Source: Bacteroidota bacterium (GTDB lineage: Bacteria > Bacteroidota > Bacteroidia > NS11-12g > UBA955). From it: 36,105 bases of DNA. Shown here piece after piece: positions 26,363 to 35,682 of the stretch. The stretch lies in the NCBI GenBank assembly GCA_037975865.1, contig JBANFU010000129.1, positions 1-36,105 of the forward strand, written 5' to 3'. Within the stretch, counting starts at the first letter, position 1. Each line of letters begins with the position of its first letter. The notes beneath the pieces are model-generated. The model saw nothing but the letters and a program-made list of their open reading frames with translations, did not search any database and had not been told where the DNA came from. A program made the position numbers and the translations under genes.

Positions 26363-27169
26363 ATGAAACAATTGAAACAATGGGTAGGGATTTTGGCTAT
26401 GTCGATCATGGCTTTTTCAATGCAATCTTGCGAAGAGAATCCCCCAATCGTTCCTCCCGTAACGGAAGGAAAGCCTGCGGTGGAGCTGAATTTCTCGGCT
26501 TTATGGAACGGTCAACCATTGACATTTTTGTCGGGCTGGTTCGAACAACCCTCTCCACAGAAGGAGTACATTCAATTTTTCAATTTTGGCATGATCGTGT
26601 CTAAGTTGCGTTTGGTGAAGGAAGACGGAACCGAAGTGATGTTGGGCGATGGTTATCAATGGATTGATTTCAAAAAGCAACGCACCAAGTTTAACTACGA
26701 GGTGCCCGTAGGCAAATACAAGGCATTGCGATTTACGTTGGGATTGGATTCTGCGGTAAATCATGGTGATCCCAATCAGTGGGGTGCTGAGCATCCTTTG
26801 AATGGAAACTTGACGGGTATGCACTGGGGCTGGGCCGGTGGGTATATTTTCCAGGCCATTGATGGAAACTACAAAGACAGTCTCACCGACAAATACACCA
26901 AGGGTATGAGTTTCCACACCGCAACAGACATCATGGTAAGAAATTTTGAAGTGCCTGTGGGCGCATCGATGGGTGCCGCCACGGTTGAGGTGAAGGACAA
27001 AGCAACCACCCCGGTTCAGTTCAACTATCACATCAACCGCTATTACCAAGGAATGGAATTGAAGAAAGGTTCAGTGTCTCATTCTGAGGGGGTAAAGGAA
27101 GCCGCATTGATGCAGAAATTATTGGAGAATTTGAAGGTGAATTCTGCTTTTGAAATACCTGCACCTTAA
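26363..27169 (+). CDS. mbnP: MbnP family (copper-binding) lipoprotein
   Basis: Lipoprotein signal ...AFSMQSC. The pattern LGLDSAVNHGDP...HPLNGNLTGMHWGWAGGYIFQAIDGNY matches my memory of the MbnP family core. It lies immediately upstream of a di-haem peroxidase, the canonical MbnP-MbnH arrangement. Confidence 0.65.
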   Translation: MKQLKQWVGILAMSIMAFSMQSCEENPPIVPPVTEGKPAVELNFSALWNGQPLTFLSGWFEQPSPQKEYIQFFNFGMIVSKLRLVKEDGTEVMLGDGYQWIDFKKQRTKFNYEVPVGKYKALRFTLGLDSAVNHGDPNQWGAEHPLNGNLTGMHWGWAGGYIFQAIDGNYKDSLTDKYTKGMSFHTATDIMVRNFEVPVGASMGAATVEVKDKATTPVQFNYHINRYYQGMELKKGSVSHSEGVKEAALMQKLLENLKVNSAFEIPAP

Positions 27170-27179
27170 TATTTTTTCT

Positions 27180-28304
27180 ATGAGACGCGGCTGGATTTTT
27201 TTGGGATTGTTGGTGTTGGGATTGGCTGCTTGCCAAAAGGATCCCAACGACCCATCACATAAGACGCCATCGGTGTATACGCCGACACCCGTAGATCCGA
27301 CCACCATTTTTCCGGTTGGAAAATTTGGAATGCCACCGTTGCCGTCCGACAATCCCTTTACGCAAGAGGGTATTTATTTGGGACGGATGTTGTTCTACGA
27401 CCCCATTTTGTCGTACGATAGCAGCATTTCTTGCGGCAGTTGTCACAAACAAGAGTACGCATTTGCTGAGCCAAAAAAATACAGCACGGGCATTTTCGGA
27501 CTGCAAACGGGACGAAATTCCAGTTCGTTATACAATTTGGCGTACAGCAGAAAATTCTTTTGGGATGCCCGACAAAGCACCTTGCGGGAGCAAGTATTTG
27601 AGCCCATTCAGGCGCACAATGAGATGGCCATGACCCTGCCATTGCTAGCCAAGCGATTGGCCAGAACCGACCGATATGTGGAGTACTTTGATAAGGCGTT
27701 TGGCAGCAAGCCCAATGTCTTTGACATGTCTAAGGCCTTGGAGCAATTCTTGTTGACGCTTGTGAGTAAGGATAGTCGATTCAATGGTTTTTTTCCTGGC
27801 AAGTTCAGTTTGTTGAGCGACAATGAAAAGCGAGGCGCGCTGCTCTTCAATGGTTTGGTGGATTTTGATATGGTTACTGGGCTCGCAACGGGCACAGATT
27901 GTTTCCACTGTCATGGTGGGGCCTTGGCTCAGCAAAACAATCCGGATATGGGCGGTATTGCGAACAATGGTTTGGATGGCAATTTCACCGATAAAGGGTA
28001 TGGTGCCATTACGGGTAATCCGGCAGACAGGGGATTATTCAAAACACCGAGTCTGTTGAACATTGCCGTTACCGGTCCATACATGCATGATGGTCGATTT
28101 GCCACATTGGACGAGGTCATAGATCACTACAGTGATAACGTAAATTATTTGTCGCCCACGATCAGTCCGATGATGGCGGCACATGGCAATAAACAATTGA
28201 AATTGACGGCCCAACAAAAGGCTGATTTGAAAGCTTTTTTATTGACCATGACGGATTCCGCCTTCTTGACGAATCCCGCTTACAGCAACCCGTTTAAAAA
28301 GTAA
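27180..28304 (+). CDS. mbnH: di-haem cytochrome c peroxidase / MauG family lipoprotein (MbnH-like)
   Basis: Lipobox LGLAAC. Two CXXCH motifs (CGSCH, CFHCH). CCP/MauG signatures GRNSSSLYNLAY, FWDARQSTLREQ, FKTPSLLNIAVTGPYMHDGRFATLDEV. Confidence 0.8.
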   Translation: MRRGWIFLGLLVLGLAACQKDPNDPSHKTPSVYTPTPVDPTTIFPVGKFGMPPLPSDNPFTQEGIYLGRMLFYDPILSYDSSISCGSCHKQEYAFAEPKKYSTGIFGLQTGRNSSSLYNLAYSRKFFWDARQSTLREQVFEPIQAHNEMAMTLPLLAKRLARTDRYVEYFDKAFGSKPNVFDMSKALEQFLLTLVSKDSRFNGFFPGKFSLLSDNEKRGALLFNGLVDFDMVTGLATGTDCFHCHGGALAQQNNPDMGGIANNGLDGNFTDKGYGAITGNPADRGLFKTPSLLNIAVTGPYMHDGRFATLDEVIDHYSDNVNYLSPTISPMMAAHGNKQLKLTAQQKADLKAFLLTMTDSAFLTNPAYSNPFKK

Positions 28305-28351
28305 TTGTTGGGTGTAGCGCCAAAGCGGATTGTCCGCAGCGCAATGATGGA

Positions 28352-31081
28352 TTAGTACGCCAATACCGGACTGAGCCAGCGTTCGGCTGTTTCGATGTCC
28401 ATTCCTTTTCTTTTGGCGTAATCAGCTACTTGGTCGCGGTTGATTTTACCCAATCCAAAATATTTACTTTGGGGGTGGGCGAAGTACCAGCCGCTGACGG
28501 AGGCAGCGGGCAGCATGGCCATGGATTCTGTGAGGGTAATTTGGGCCGATTCTGGTGCTTTGAGCAGGTTGAACAGCGCAGATTTTTCTGTGTGGTCAGG
28601 GCAGGCTGGGTAGCCGGGTGCAGGCCGGATGCCCTGGTACTTCTCACGGATTAAATCTTCATTGCTCAATGCCGATTCTTGGGCATAGCCCCAGAATTGG
28701 GTTCTCACCAATTGGTGTAATTTCTCTGCAAAGCTCTCAGCCAAACGATCGGCCAAGGCTTTGGCCATGATGGATTGATAATCGTCGTGCTGCGCTTCAA
28801 ATTGGGCTACAATGGGCTCCAGTCCGATGCCAGCGGTTACAGCAAAACCGCCAAAGTAATCCACTTGGTCGTCGGCAATGAAATCGCACAGAGAAAGGTT
28901 GGGAATTCCCCCTGCCATCTTGCGTTGTTGTCGCAGGAAATGGAAGGTTTCAAGGGCATTTTCGCCAGTTTTGTCTTGTTCTGCATTGGCCTTTGTTGCG
29001 TAAACAGCCACATCCTCACCCCACTTTTTGGCGGGCAGAATATACCACACCCCTTGGGCTTTCAGTGAAGCGTTGTTCACCAGATCACGGAGCATGGATT
29101 GTGCATCGGCCAACAATTTTTTGGCTTCTGTACCCACGATGGGGTCCTCCAGAATGGCCGGGTATTGTCCAGCGAGCTCCCAGGTTTGAAAGAAGGGGGT
29201 CCAGTCGATGGTGTCAACCAATTCCGCCAATGGCATTTCCACGGTGTGGATGCCGGTGGTTTTGGGTTCTACCACTTGGCCATCGTGCTGCCAGCGGTTG
29301 GCGATGGCTTCTTCCAGGGTGATTAGATCTTTCGTTGACTGTCGTTTCGCGTGATTTTCAGCCAACGCGGTATATTCTTCTTGAATTTTTTGCGCGAAGG
29401 CTTCTTTGGTATCCTCACCGAGTAGGCTACCGGCCACAGGCACCGATCGTGAGGCGTCTAGTACATGCACAATGGGGTGACTGTATTCGGGAGCGATTTT
29501 TACGGCCGTATGAATGCGTGAAGTGGTGGCACCGCCAATGAGGAGTGGGGTGGACATACCGCGGCGTTTCATCTCTTTGGCCACGTACACCATTTCATCG
29601 AGGCTGGGGGTAATCAACCCTGACAGTCCGATGATATCGGCTCCCCACGATTGGGCTTCATCGAGGATTTTATCGGCGGGAACCATGACCCCGATGTCTT
29701 TGATTTCGTAATTGTTGCAAGCCAATACCACGCCTACAATGTTTTTGCCGATGTCGTGCACATCGCCCTTCACGGTGGCCATGAGGATTTTTCCTTGGGG
29801 TTTGGCGTTGGGGTTTAGGGCTTTTTGCGCTTCGAGGTAGGGTTGAAGGTAGGCCACGGATTTTTTCATGACACGGGCACTCTTCACCACTTGGGGCAGG
29901 AACATTTTTCCGGCTCCAAACAAATCGCCCACGTGGTTCATGCCATCCATGAGCGGCCCCTCAATTACCCGTAGGGCATCGTTGTATTTCTGAAAGGCTT
30001 CCTCGGTATCATCGTCGATGAATTCGGTAATGCCTTTCACCAAACTGTGGCTCAAGCGCTCCTCCACGGTACCCAGTCGCCAAGCTTGGGTTTCCTCGGC
30101 TTTTTCCTCTTTTTTTCCTTTGAATTGGTCAGCAAATTGGACCAATCGCTCGGTGGCATCCGAACGCCGGTTAAGCAAAACATCCTCAACATAGGTTAGG
30201 AGGTCTTTGGGGATTTCGTCGTACACTTCCACCATACCCGCGTTCACGATGCCCATATCCAGTCCTGCACCAATGGCGTGGTACAAGAAGGCCGAGTGCA
30301 TGGCTTCGCGCACGCGATCATTTCCTCTGAAAGAGAAGCTGATGTTGGAGACCCCACCCGAAACTTTGGCACCGGGCAGGTTTTGTTTGATCCAGCGGGT
30401 GGCTTCGATGAAATCTACGGCGTAGTTGTTGTGTTCGTCGATTCCGGTACCCACAGTGAGAATGTTTGGGTCGAAGATGATGTCGTTGACAGGGAATCCA
30501 ATCGACTTCAAAATCGTATAACTGCGTTCACAAACGGCGATTTTTCGCTCGTAACTGTCGGCCTGTCCGGTTTCATCAAAGGCCATTACGACCACGGCAG
30601 CACCATAGCGATGCACGAGTTTGGCTTTTTGAATGAAGGCCTCTTCCCCGTCTTTGAGGGAGATGGAATTCACAATGCCTTTTCCTTGCAGGCACTTCAA
30701 ACCGGCCTCAATGACTTCCCATTTGCTGGAATCGATCATGATGGGAACGCGAGAGATGTCGGGCTCTGCAGCGATCAAATTGAGGAAGGTGACCATGGCT
30801 TCTTTGCCATCGAGCATGCCTTCATCCATATTCACGTCAATGACCTGCGCGCCGTTCTCCACTTGCTGTCGGGCCACATCCAAACCGCGATTGTAATCGC
30901 CGGCGAGAATCATTTTGGCAAACTGACGGCTTCCGGTAACGTTGGTACGTTCACCAATGTTGACAAAATTGGTTTCCCGGGTGAGGGTAAAGGGTTCAAG
31001 ACCCGAAAGTCTGAATAGATTTGGAGAAGGTTGATTCACGGCACCGCGAATTTCGGCAAAAAGGAATGAACTCAGCAACAC
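28352..31081 (-). CDS. metH: cobalamin-dependent methionine synthase lacking the N-terminal homocysteine-binding domain (pterin + B12 + AdoMet-activation domains only)
   Basis: It aligns by eye with E. coli MetH from RLSGLEP...[11 protein letters not shown] onward. Present are the pterin domain, the B12 motifs [11 protein letters not shown] / GLSGLITPS / LLIGGATTS, and the activation domain [15 protein letters not shown]. Only about 24 residues precede the pterin domain. GTG start. Confidence 0.9.
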   Translation of the reverse strand: MLLSSFLFAEIRGAVNQPSPNLFRLSGLEPFTLTRETNFVNIGERTNVTGSRQFAKMILAGDYNRGLDVARQQVENGAQVIDVNMDEGMLDGKEAMVTFLNLIAAEPDISRVPIMIDSSKWEVIEAGLKCLQGKGIVNSISLKDGEEAFIQKAKLVHRYGAAVVVMAFDETGQADSYERKIAVCERSYTILKSIGFPVNDIIFDPNILTVGTGIDEHNNYAVDFIEATRWIKQNLPGAKVSGGVSNISFSFRGNDRVREAMHSAFLYHAIGAGLDMGIVNAGMVEVYDEIPKDLLTYVEDVLLNRRSDATERLVQFADQFKGKKEEKAEETQAWRLGTVEERLSHSLVKGITEFIDDDTEEAFQKYNDALRVIEGPLMDGMNHVGDLFGAGKMFLPQVVKSARVMKKSVAYLQPYLEAQKALNPNAKPQGKILMATVKGDVHDIGKNIVGVVLACNNYEIKDIGVMVPADKILDEAQSWGADIIGLSGLITPSLDEMVYVAKEMKRRGMSTPLLIGGATTSRIHTAVKIAPEYSHPIVHVLDASRSVPVAGSLLGEDTKEAFAQKIQEEYTALAENHAKRQSTKDLITLEEAIANRWQHDGQVVEPKTTGIHTVEMPLAELVDTIDWTPFFQTWELAGQYPAILEDPIVGTEAKKLLADAQSMLRDLVNNASLKAQGVWYILPAKKWGEDVAVYATKANAEQDKTGENALETFHFLRQQRKMAGGIPNLSLCDFIADDQVDYFGGFAVTAGIGLEPIVAQFEAQHDDYQSIMAKALADRLAESFAEKLHQLVRTQFWGYAQESALSNEDLIREKYQGIRPAPGYPACPDHTEKSALFNLLKAPESAQITLTESMAMLPAASVSGWYFAHPQSKYFGLGKINRDQVADYAKRKGMDIETAERWLSPVLAY

Positions 31082-31123
31082 TCGGGCGTTGAGTGTGTCA
31101 TTTACATCGAGAAATACGCGTTT

Positions 31124-33529
31124 TTACAACAAACTGGGCCATTTGGCGGGGTTGCTTTCATGCATCATTTGATAAAGGGTGCTGAAAACAGTGTCCACCG
31201 AGGGCTTGCTGAAGTAGTCTCCATCGCTACCGTAGGCAGGTCTGTGCTCGCGCGAAGTGATGGTGATGGGTTTGGCATCGAGGTATTGGTAGCCGCCTTG
31301 TTCTTCCAATACTTGTTGCATCATGAATGATGTGGCTCCACCGGGTACGTCCTCATCGAGGAATACAATTCGGTTGGTGGATTTCAAACTTTCCACGATG
31401 CTGTGATGGATATCGAAAGGAAGCAAGGTCTGCACATCGATTAACTCCACACGAATGCCGTGATCGGCCAATAAATCGCAGGCTTCTTGGGCAATTCTGC
31501 AACAAGACCCGTAAGTAACCAAGGTGATGTCTTCTCCAAATCTGAGCACATCGGGTTTACCAAACGGCACGGTAAACTCCCCAATGTTTGCGGGCAATTT
31601 TTCCTTGATGCGGTAGCCGTTCAGACATTCTACCACCAGCGCTGGCTCGTCGGAGCGCAGCAAAGTATTGTACATACCGGCCGCTTGCGTCATGTTGCGT
31701 GGAACGCAGACGTGCATACCGCGAACGGCGTGGATGATCATGCCCATCGGACTGCCGGAATGCCAAATACCTTCCAAACGGTGTCCACGGGTACGAATGA
31801 TAATTGGCGTTTTCTGTCCACCTTTGGTACGATACTGCATGGTAGCGATGTCATCGCTCATGGGCTCCAAAGCGTAGAGCAAATAATCGAGGTATTGAAT
31901 TTCGGCGATGGGTCTAAGGCCACGCATGGCGGCACCAATGCCTTCCCCGATGATACTCCATTCACGAATGCCTTTGTCGGTCACGCGCAATTCGCCATGT
32001 TTTTCTTGCATGCCCGAGAAACCTTGGTTCACATCACCAATTTTTCCAACATCTTCACCGAAGGCAAAAACGCGGGGGTCACGCTCCAGATTGGCATCGA
32101 AGCAGGCACGCACCACTTGGTATCCATCCACTACTTCGTCGGTGTATTGGGCTGGTACTTCGGGGACGTTGAATACAGAGGATTCGCTCTGACTGTATAC
32201 ATGGCTGCTATAGCGTTCTGCGTTGATGGCGTTGAACGCATCGAGGTAATCCAACAGGGGTTTGCGGGCCGCGGCACTGGCATTGACGGTCAATCGCAGT
32301 GCTTTGTGAATGGCGGTTCCCATATCGCGACGAATGGGATCTTTTGCTTCACTCAAGGATTGGGCGATGGCAGCCAACTCGGGCGATAATCCGGCGGCCG
32401 ACAATTGATTGAGTAGGGCAATCAGTTCGCTGACTTCTGTTTTGATGGGCTGGAGGTAATCGGTCCACGCTTGCTTTTGGGCGTCTTTGACGGCTTGCAA
32501 GGCGGTTGATTCCAGTTCGTTTAGTGCGGCTTCATCGGCGATATTTAGTGTGATAATCCACTGTCGCATCTGGGCGATGCCATCGAATTCGGTTTCCCAT
32601 TCCAAGCGCTCTTTGCTCTTGTATCGCTCATGGCTACCTGAGGTAGAGTGTCCTTGTGGCTGGGTAACTTCGGTGACATGCACCAGTACGGGGGTATGTT
32701 TTTCACGACAAATGTCGGCCGCTTGCTTGTACACTTTGCACAATTCGGGGTAATTCCATCCGCGGGCGGTAAGCAGTTCAAGGCCTTGGCCTTCCTCATT
32801 GCTTTGGAATCCGCGCATCAGGGCGGCGATATTTTCTTTGGCGGTTTGGTATTTGGCGGGTACGGAAATGCCATAGCCGTCATCCCACAAGCTCATGAGC
32901 AGGGGGACTTGCATCACGCAGGCGGCGTTCATCACTTCCCAGAAGATGCCTTCTGAGGAGGAGGCGTTACCGATGGTTCCGAACGCGATTTCGTTTCCTT
33001 TGTTTGAAAACTGGGTGAAGCCATGCAGGTCTGGGTTTTCGCGGTACAATTTCGATGCCACGGCAAGTCCCAACAACCTAGGCATTTGTCCGGCCGTTGG
33101 CGAAATATCAGCACTGCTATTGAATCGGTCGCTTTGGGGCAGCCAGTTGCCTTGATCATCGAGAAGTCGGGTGGCGAAGTGCCCGTTCATGGAGCGACCA
33201 CCGCTGGCGGGCTCTTTTTCCGTATCGGGGATGGCATACAACTGAGCGAAGAAGGCATGCACACTGCTGATGCCTTTGGCAAACATGAAGGTTTGATCGC
33301 GGTAGTAACCACTGCGCCAATCACCGGGCTGGAATACTTTGGCCATGGCGATTTGGGCGATTTCTTTACCATCACCGAAGATGCCAAATTTGGCTTTGCC
33401 TGTGAGTACTTCTTTCCTGCCGATTAGGCTGGCTTGGCGACTCTCGAAAGCGATGCGATAATCGTTCAGAACTTCTTGCACAAACGCCTCTTTGCTCATT
33501 TCTGCGGGTTGTTTTGCTACCTCTTGCAT
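31124..33529 (-). CDS. fused 2-oxoacid dehydrogenase E1 component, alpha+beta subunits (TPP-dependent)
   Basis: 801 aa. The N-terminal half has the E1-alpha TPP motif (GTIGNASSSEGIFWEVMNAA). The C-terminal half is E1-beta/transketolase-like (DVFAFGEDVG..., IRTRGHRLEGIWHSGSP). This fusion is common in Bacteroidota. Confidence 0.85.
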   Translation of the reverse strand: MQEVAKQPAEMSKEAFVQEVLNDYRIAFESRQASLIGRKEVLTGKAKFGIFGDGKEIAQIAMAKVFQPGDWRSGYYRDQTFMFAKGISSVHAFFAQLYAIPDTEKEPASGGRSMNGHFATRLLDDQGNWLPQSDRFNSSADISPTAGQMPRLLGLAVASKLYRENPDLHGFTQFSNKGNEIAFGTIGNASSSEGIFWEVMNAACVMQVPLLMSLWDDGYGISVPAKYQTAKENIAALMRGFQSNEEGQGLELLTARGWNYPELCKVYKQAADICREKHTPVLVHVTEVTQPQGHSTSGSHERYKSKERLEWETEFDGIAQMRQWIITLNIADEAALNELESTALQAVKDAQKQAWTDYLQPIKTEVSELIALLNQLSAAGLSPELAAIAQSLSEAKDPIRRDMGTAIHKALRLTVNASAAARKPLLDYLDAFNAINAERYSSHVYSQSESSVFNVPEVPAQYTDEVVDGYQVVRACFDANLERDPRVFAFGEDVGKIGDVNQGFSGMQEKHGELRVTDKGIREWSIIGEGIGAAMRGLRPIAEIQYLDYLLYALEPMSDDIATMQYRTKGGQKTPIIIRTRGHRLEGIWHSGSPMGMIIHAVRGMHVCVPRNMTQAAGMYNTLLRSDEPALVVECLNGYRIKEKLPANIGEFTVPFGKPDVLRFGEDITLVTYGSCCRIAQEACDLLADHGIRVELIDVQTLLPFDIHHSIVESLKSTNRIVFLDEDVPGGATSFMMQQVLEEQGGYQYLDAKPITITSREHRPAYGSDGDYFSKPSVDTVFSTLYQMMHESNPAKWPSLL

Positions 33530-33536
33530 GCAACTG

Positions 33537-33544
33537 CAAAGATA
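33537..33544 (-). promoter_or_regulatory. candidate -7 box TATCTTTG for the E1 alpha/beta-metH unit
   Basis: Exact TAnnTTTG on the minus strand, 7 nt upstream of the ATG at 33529. Confidence 0.4.
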
Positions 33545-33603
33545 GGGAAAATTGAATTGGCACTATATCATCGGGGTATTGGCTTTTGATGGTTTGTCTG
33601 TGC

Positions 33604-33611
33604 TAACTTTG
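33604..33611 (+). promoter_or_regulatory. candidate -7 box TAACTTTG for uvrB
   Basis: Exact TAnnTTTG, 7 nt upstream of the GTG start at 33619. Its TAA is also the in-frame stop that opens the uvrB frame. Confidence 0.4.
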
Positions 33612-33618
33612 TCTGTTC

Positions 33619-35664
33619 GTGTCAGCCTTTGAACTTATATCGCCATTTCAGCCTACGGGGGACCAGCCTCAGGCCATCAAACAGTTGGTAGAGGGTGTGG
33701 AGACGGGGGTGAAGGCCCAAACTTTGTTGGGGGTAACGGGTTCTGGTAAAACCTTTACGATGGCGAACGTCATCGCCCAGACACAGCGACCTACGCTCGT
33801 TTTGAGTCACAACAAGACGTTGGTATCTCAATTGTATGGGGAGTTTAAGCAGTTTTTCCCCAACAATGCGGTGGAGTATTTCGTGAGTTACTACGATTAC
33901 TATCAGCCGGAGGCCTATATTCCTACAACCAACACGTTCATTGAGAAGGATTTGAACATCAACGATGAAATTGAGAAGTTGCGTTTGAAGACGGTTTCCA
34001 GTTTGTTGAGCGGTAGGCGGGATATCATTGTGGTGGCGAGTGTCAGCTGCATTTACGGTGCGGGAAACCCTTCCGATTTTGAGGATACCATCATTCGCAT
34101 CAGCAAGGGACAGGTGATCACGCGCAACACCTTTTTATTCAAGTTGGTGGAGAGTTTGTACAGCCGAACCACGGCCGATTTCAACCGAGGCACGTTTCGG
34201 GTAAAAGGCGATACGGTGGATGTTCATTTGGCGTACAACGATTTTGCTTATCGGGTTTCATTTTTTGGTGATGAAATTGAAGAAATCATCAGTTTTGATC
34301 CGGGCAGTGGTCGGAAAATCGAATCGCATGATGATGTGGCGATTTATCCGGCGAATTTGTATGTGAGTCCGCGCGATCGACTGAAAGACATCATTTATCA
34401 GATTCAGGACGACTTGGTTTTGCAGATGGAGTATTTCCGGGAGCAGGGTCGGTTTTTGGAGGCGAAGCGATTGGAAGAGCGGGTGAATTTTGATTTGGAG
34501 ATGATTCGCGAGTTGGGGTATTGCAGTGGCATTGAGAACTATTCACGTTATTTTGATCGCAGAGGTCCGGGCGACAGGCCCTTTTGTTTGTTGGATTATT
34601 TCCCGAAGGATTTTTTATTGGTGGTGGATGAGAGCCACGTATCGATTCCTCAAATTCGGGCGATGTATGGGGGCGACCGCAGCAGGAAAGTAAACCTGGT
34701 GGATTTTGGATTCCGATTGCCTGCGGCCATGGATAACCGTCCGTTAAAGTTTGAAGAGTTTTACGAAGTGGTCAATCAGGCGGTGTATGTGAGTGCAACG
34801 CCGGCGCAATTTGAGATAGAACAGAGTGAAGGGGTGTTGGTGGAGCAATTGATCAGGCCTACAGGATTGTTGGATCCACAGATTATCATCCGTCCGTTGG
34901 CCAATCAGGTGGATGATTTGATCGAGGAGATCGACAATCGGATCAAGATGAAAGACAGGGTGTTGGTGACGACATTGACCAAGCGGATGGCGGAGGAGTT
35001 GACCAAATACTTGTTGCGTTTGGGGGTGAAGGTGGATTACATTCACAGTGAGGTGAAGACGTTAGACCGGGTAGAGATTTTGCGGAATTTGCGGATGGGT
35101 GTGATTGATGTGTTGATTGGGGTGAATTTGTTGCGGGAGGGTTTGGATTTGCCTGAGGTGAGTTTGGTGGCCATCATGGATGCCGATAAAGAGGGATTTT
35201 TAAGAAGTCAGACCGCCTTGGTACAAACCATTGGTCGGGCGGCGCGAAACGATCGGGGTTTGGTGATTATGTATGCCGACAAGGTTACGGACAGTATGCG
35301 GAAGACGATTGAGGAGACGGAGCGCCGCCGCGAAAAGCAGATAGAATACAACAAAGTACACGGGATTGTTCCCAAGACGGTGTTGAAGAGCACCGATGAA
35401 ATTTTCAAGCAAACTTCGGTGGCCGATGCCAAGTATGGCGATGCGGAATTGGGCTCTGGGGCGCAGTATACTATGCCTGACTCTCGGATTAATATGGCGG
35501 CTGACCCTGTGGTGGCTTATATGGATAAAGCGGGCATCGAAAAGATGATTGTTCGCACGGAGAAAGACATGATGAAGGCGGACAAAGACATGGAGTTCAT
35601 GGAGGCGGCGCGACTGCGCGACGAGCTGGATGCCTTGCGCAATCGATTGAAGGAGATGGCTTAA
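33619..35664 (+). CDS. uvrB: excinuclease ABC subunit B
   Basis: Motifs FELISPFQPTGDQPQAI, Walker A GVTGSGKT, VVDESHV, and C-terminal UVR motif EFMEAARLRDELDALR. GTG start is forced: the frame opens at 33607 and the first ATG is after the Walker A. Confidence 0.95.
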   Translation: MSAFELISPFQPTGDQPQAIKQLVEGVETGVKAQTLLGVTGSGKTFTMANVIAQTQRPTLVLSHNKTLVSQLYGEFKQFFPNNAVEYFVSYYDYYQPEAYIPTTNTFIEKDLNINDEIEKLRLKTVSSLLSGRRDIIVVASVSCIYGAGNPSDFEDTIIRISKGQVITRNTFLFKLVESLYSRTTADFNRGTFRVKGDTVDVHLAYNDFAYRVSFFGDEIEEIISFDPGSGRKIESHDDVAIYPANLYVSPRDRLKDIIYQIQDDLVLQMEYFREQGRFLEAKRLEERVNFDLEMIRELGYCSGIENYSRYFDRRGPGDRPFCLLDYFPKDFLLVVDESHVSIPQIRAMYGGDRSRKVNLVDFGFRLPAAMDNRPLKFEEFYEVVNQAVYVSATPAQFEIEQSEGVLVEQLIRPTGLLDPQIIIRPLANQVDDLIEEIDNRIKMKDRVLVTTLTKRMAEELTKYLLRLGVKVDYIHSEVKTLDRVEILRNLRMGVIDVLIGVNLLREGLDLPEVSLVAIMDADKEGFLRSQTALVQTIGRAARNDRGLVIMYADKVTDSMRKTIEETERRREKQIEYNKVHGIVPKTVLKSTDEIFKQTSVADAKYGDAELGSGAQYTMPDSRINMAADPVVAYMDKAGIEKMIVRTEKDMMKADKDMEFMEAARLRDELDALRNRLKEMA

Positions 35665-35682
35665 GCCATCACAAAATCCCGG

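Noticed and set aside
28317-28342. Hairpin GCGC-caaa-GCGGA-ttg-TCCGC-a-GCGC between convergent mbnH and metH, considered as a bidirectional terminator
   Set aside because: The stem is interrupted and no U-tract follows on either strand. It may still be structural, but I cannot support a terminator call.
30278-32389. 246-aa and 300-aa plus-strand ORFs opposite metH and the E1 gene
   Set aside because: They are antisense shadows of two highly conserved genes, have no start context or promoter box, and give low-complexity translations.
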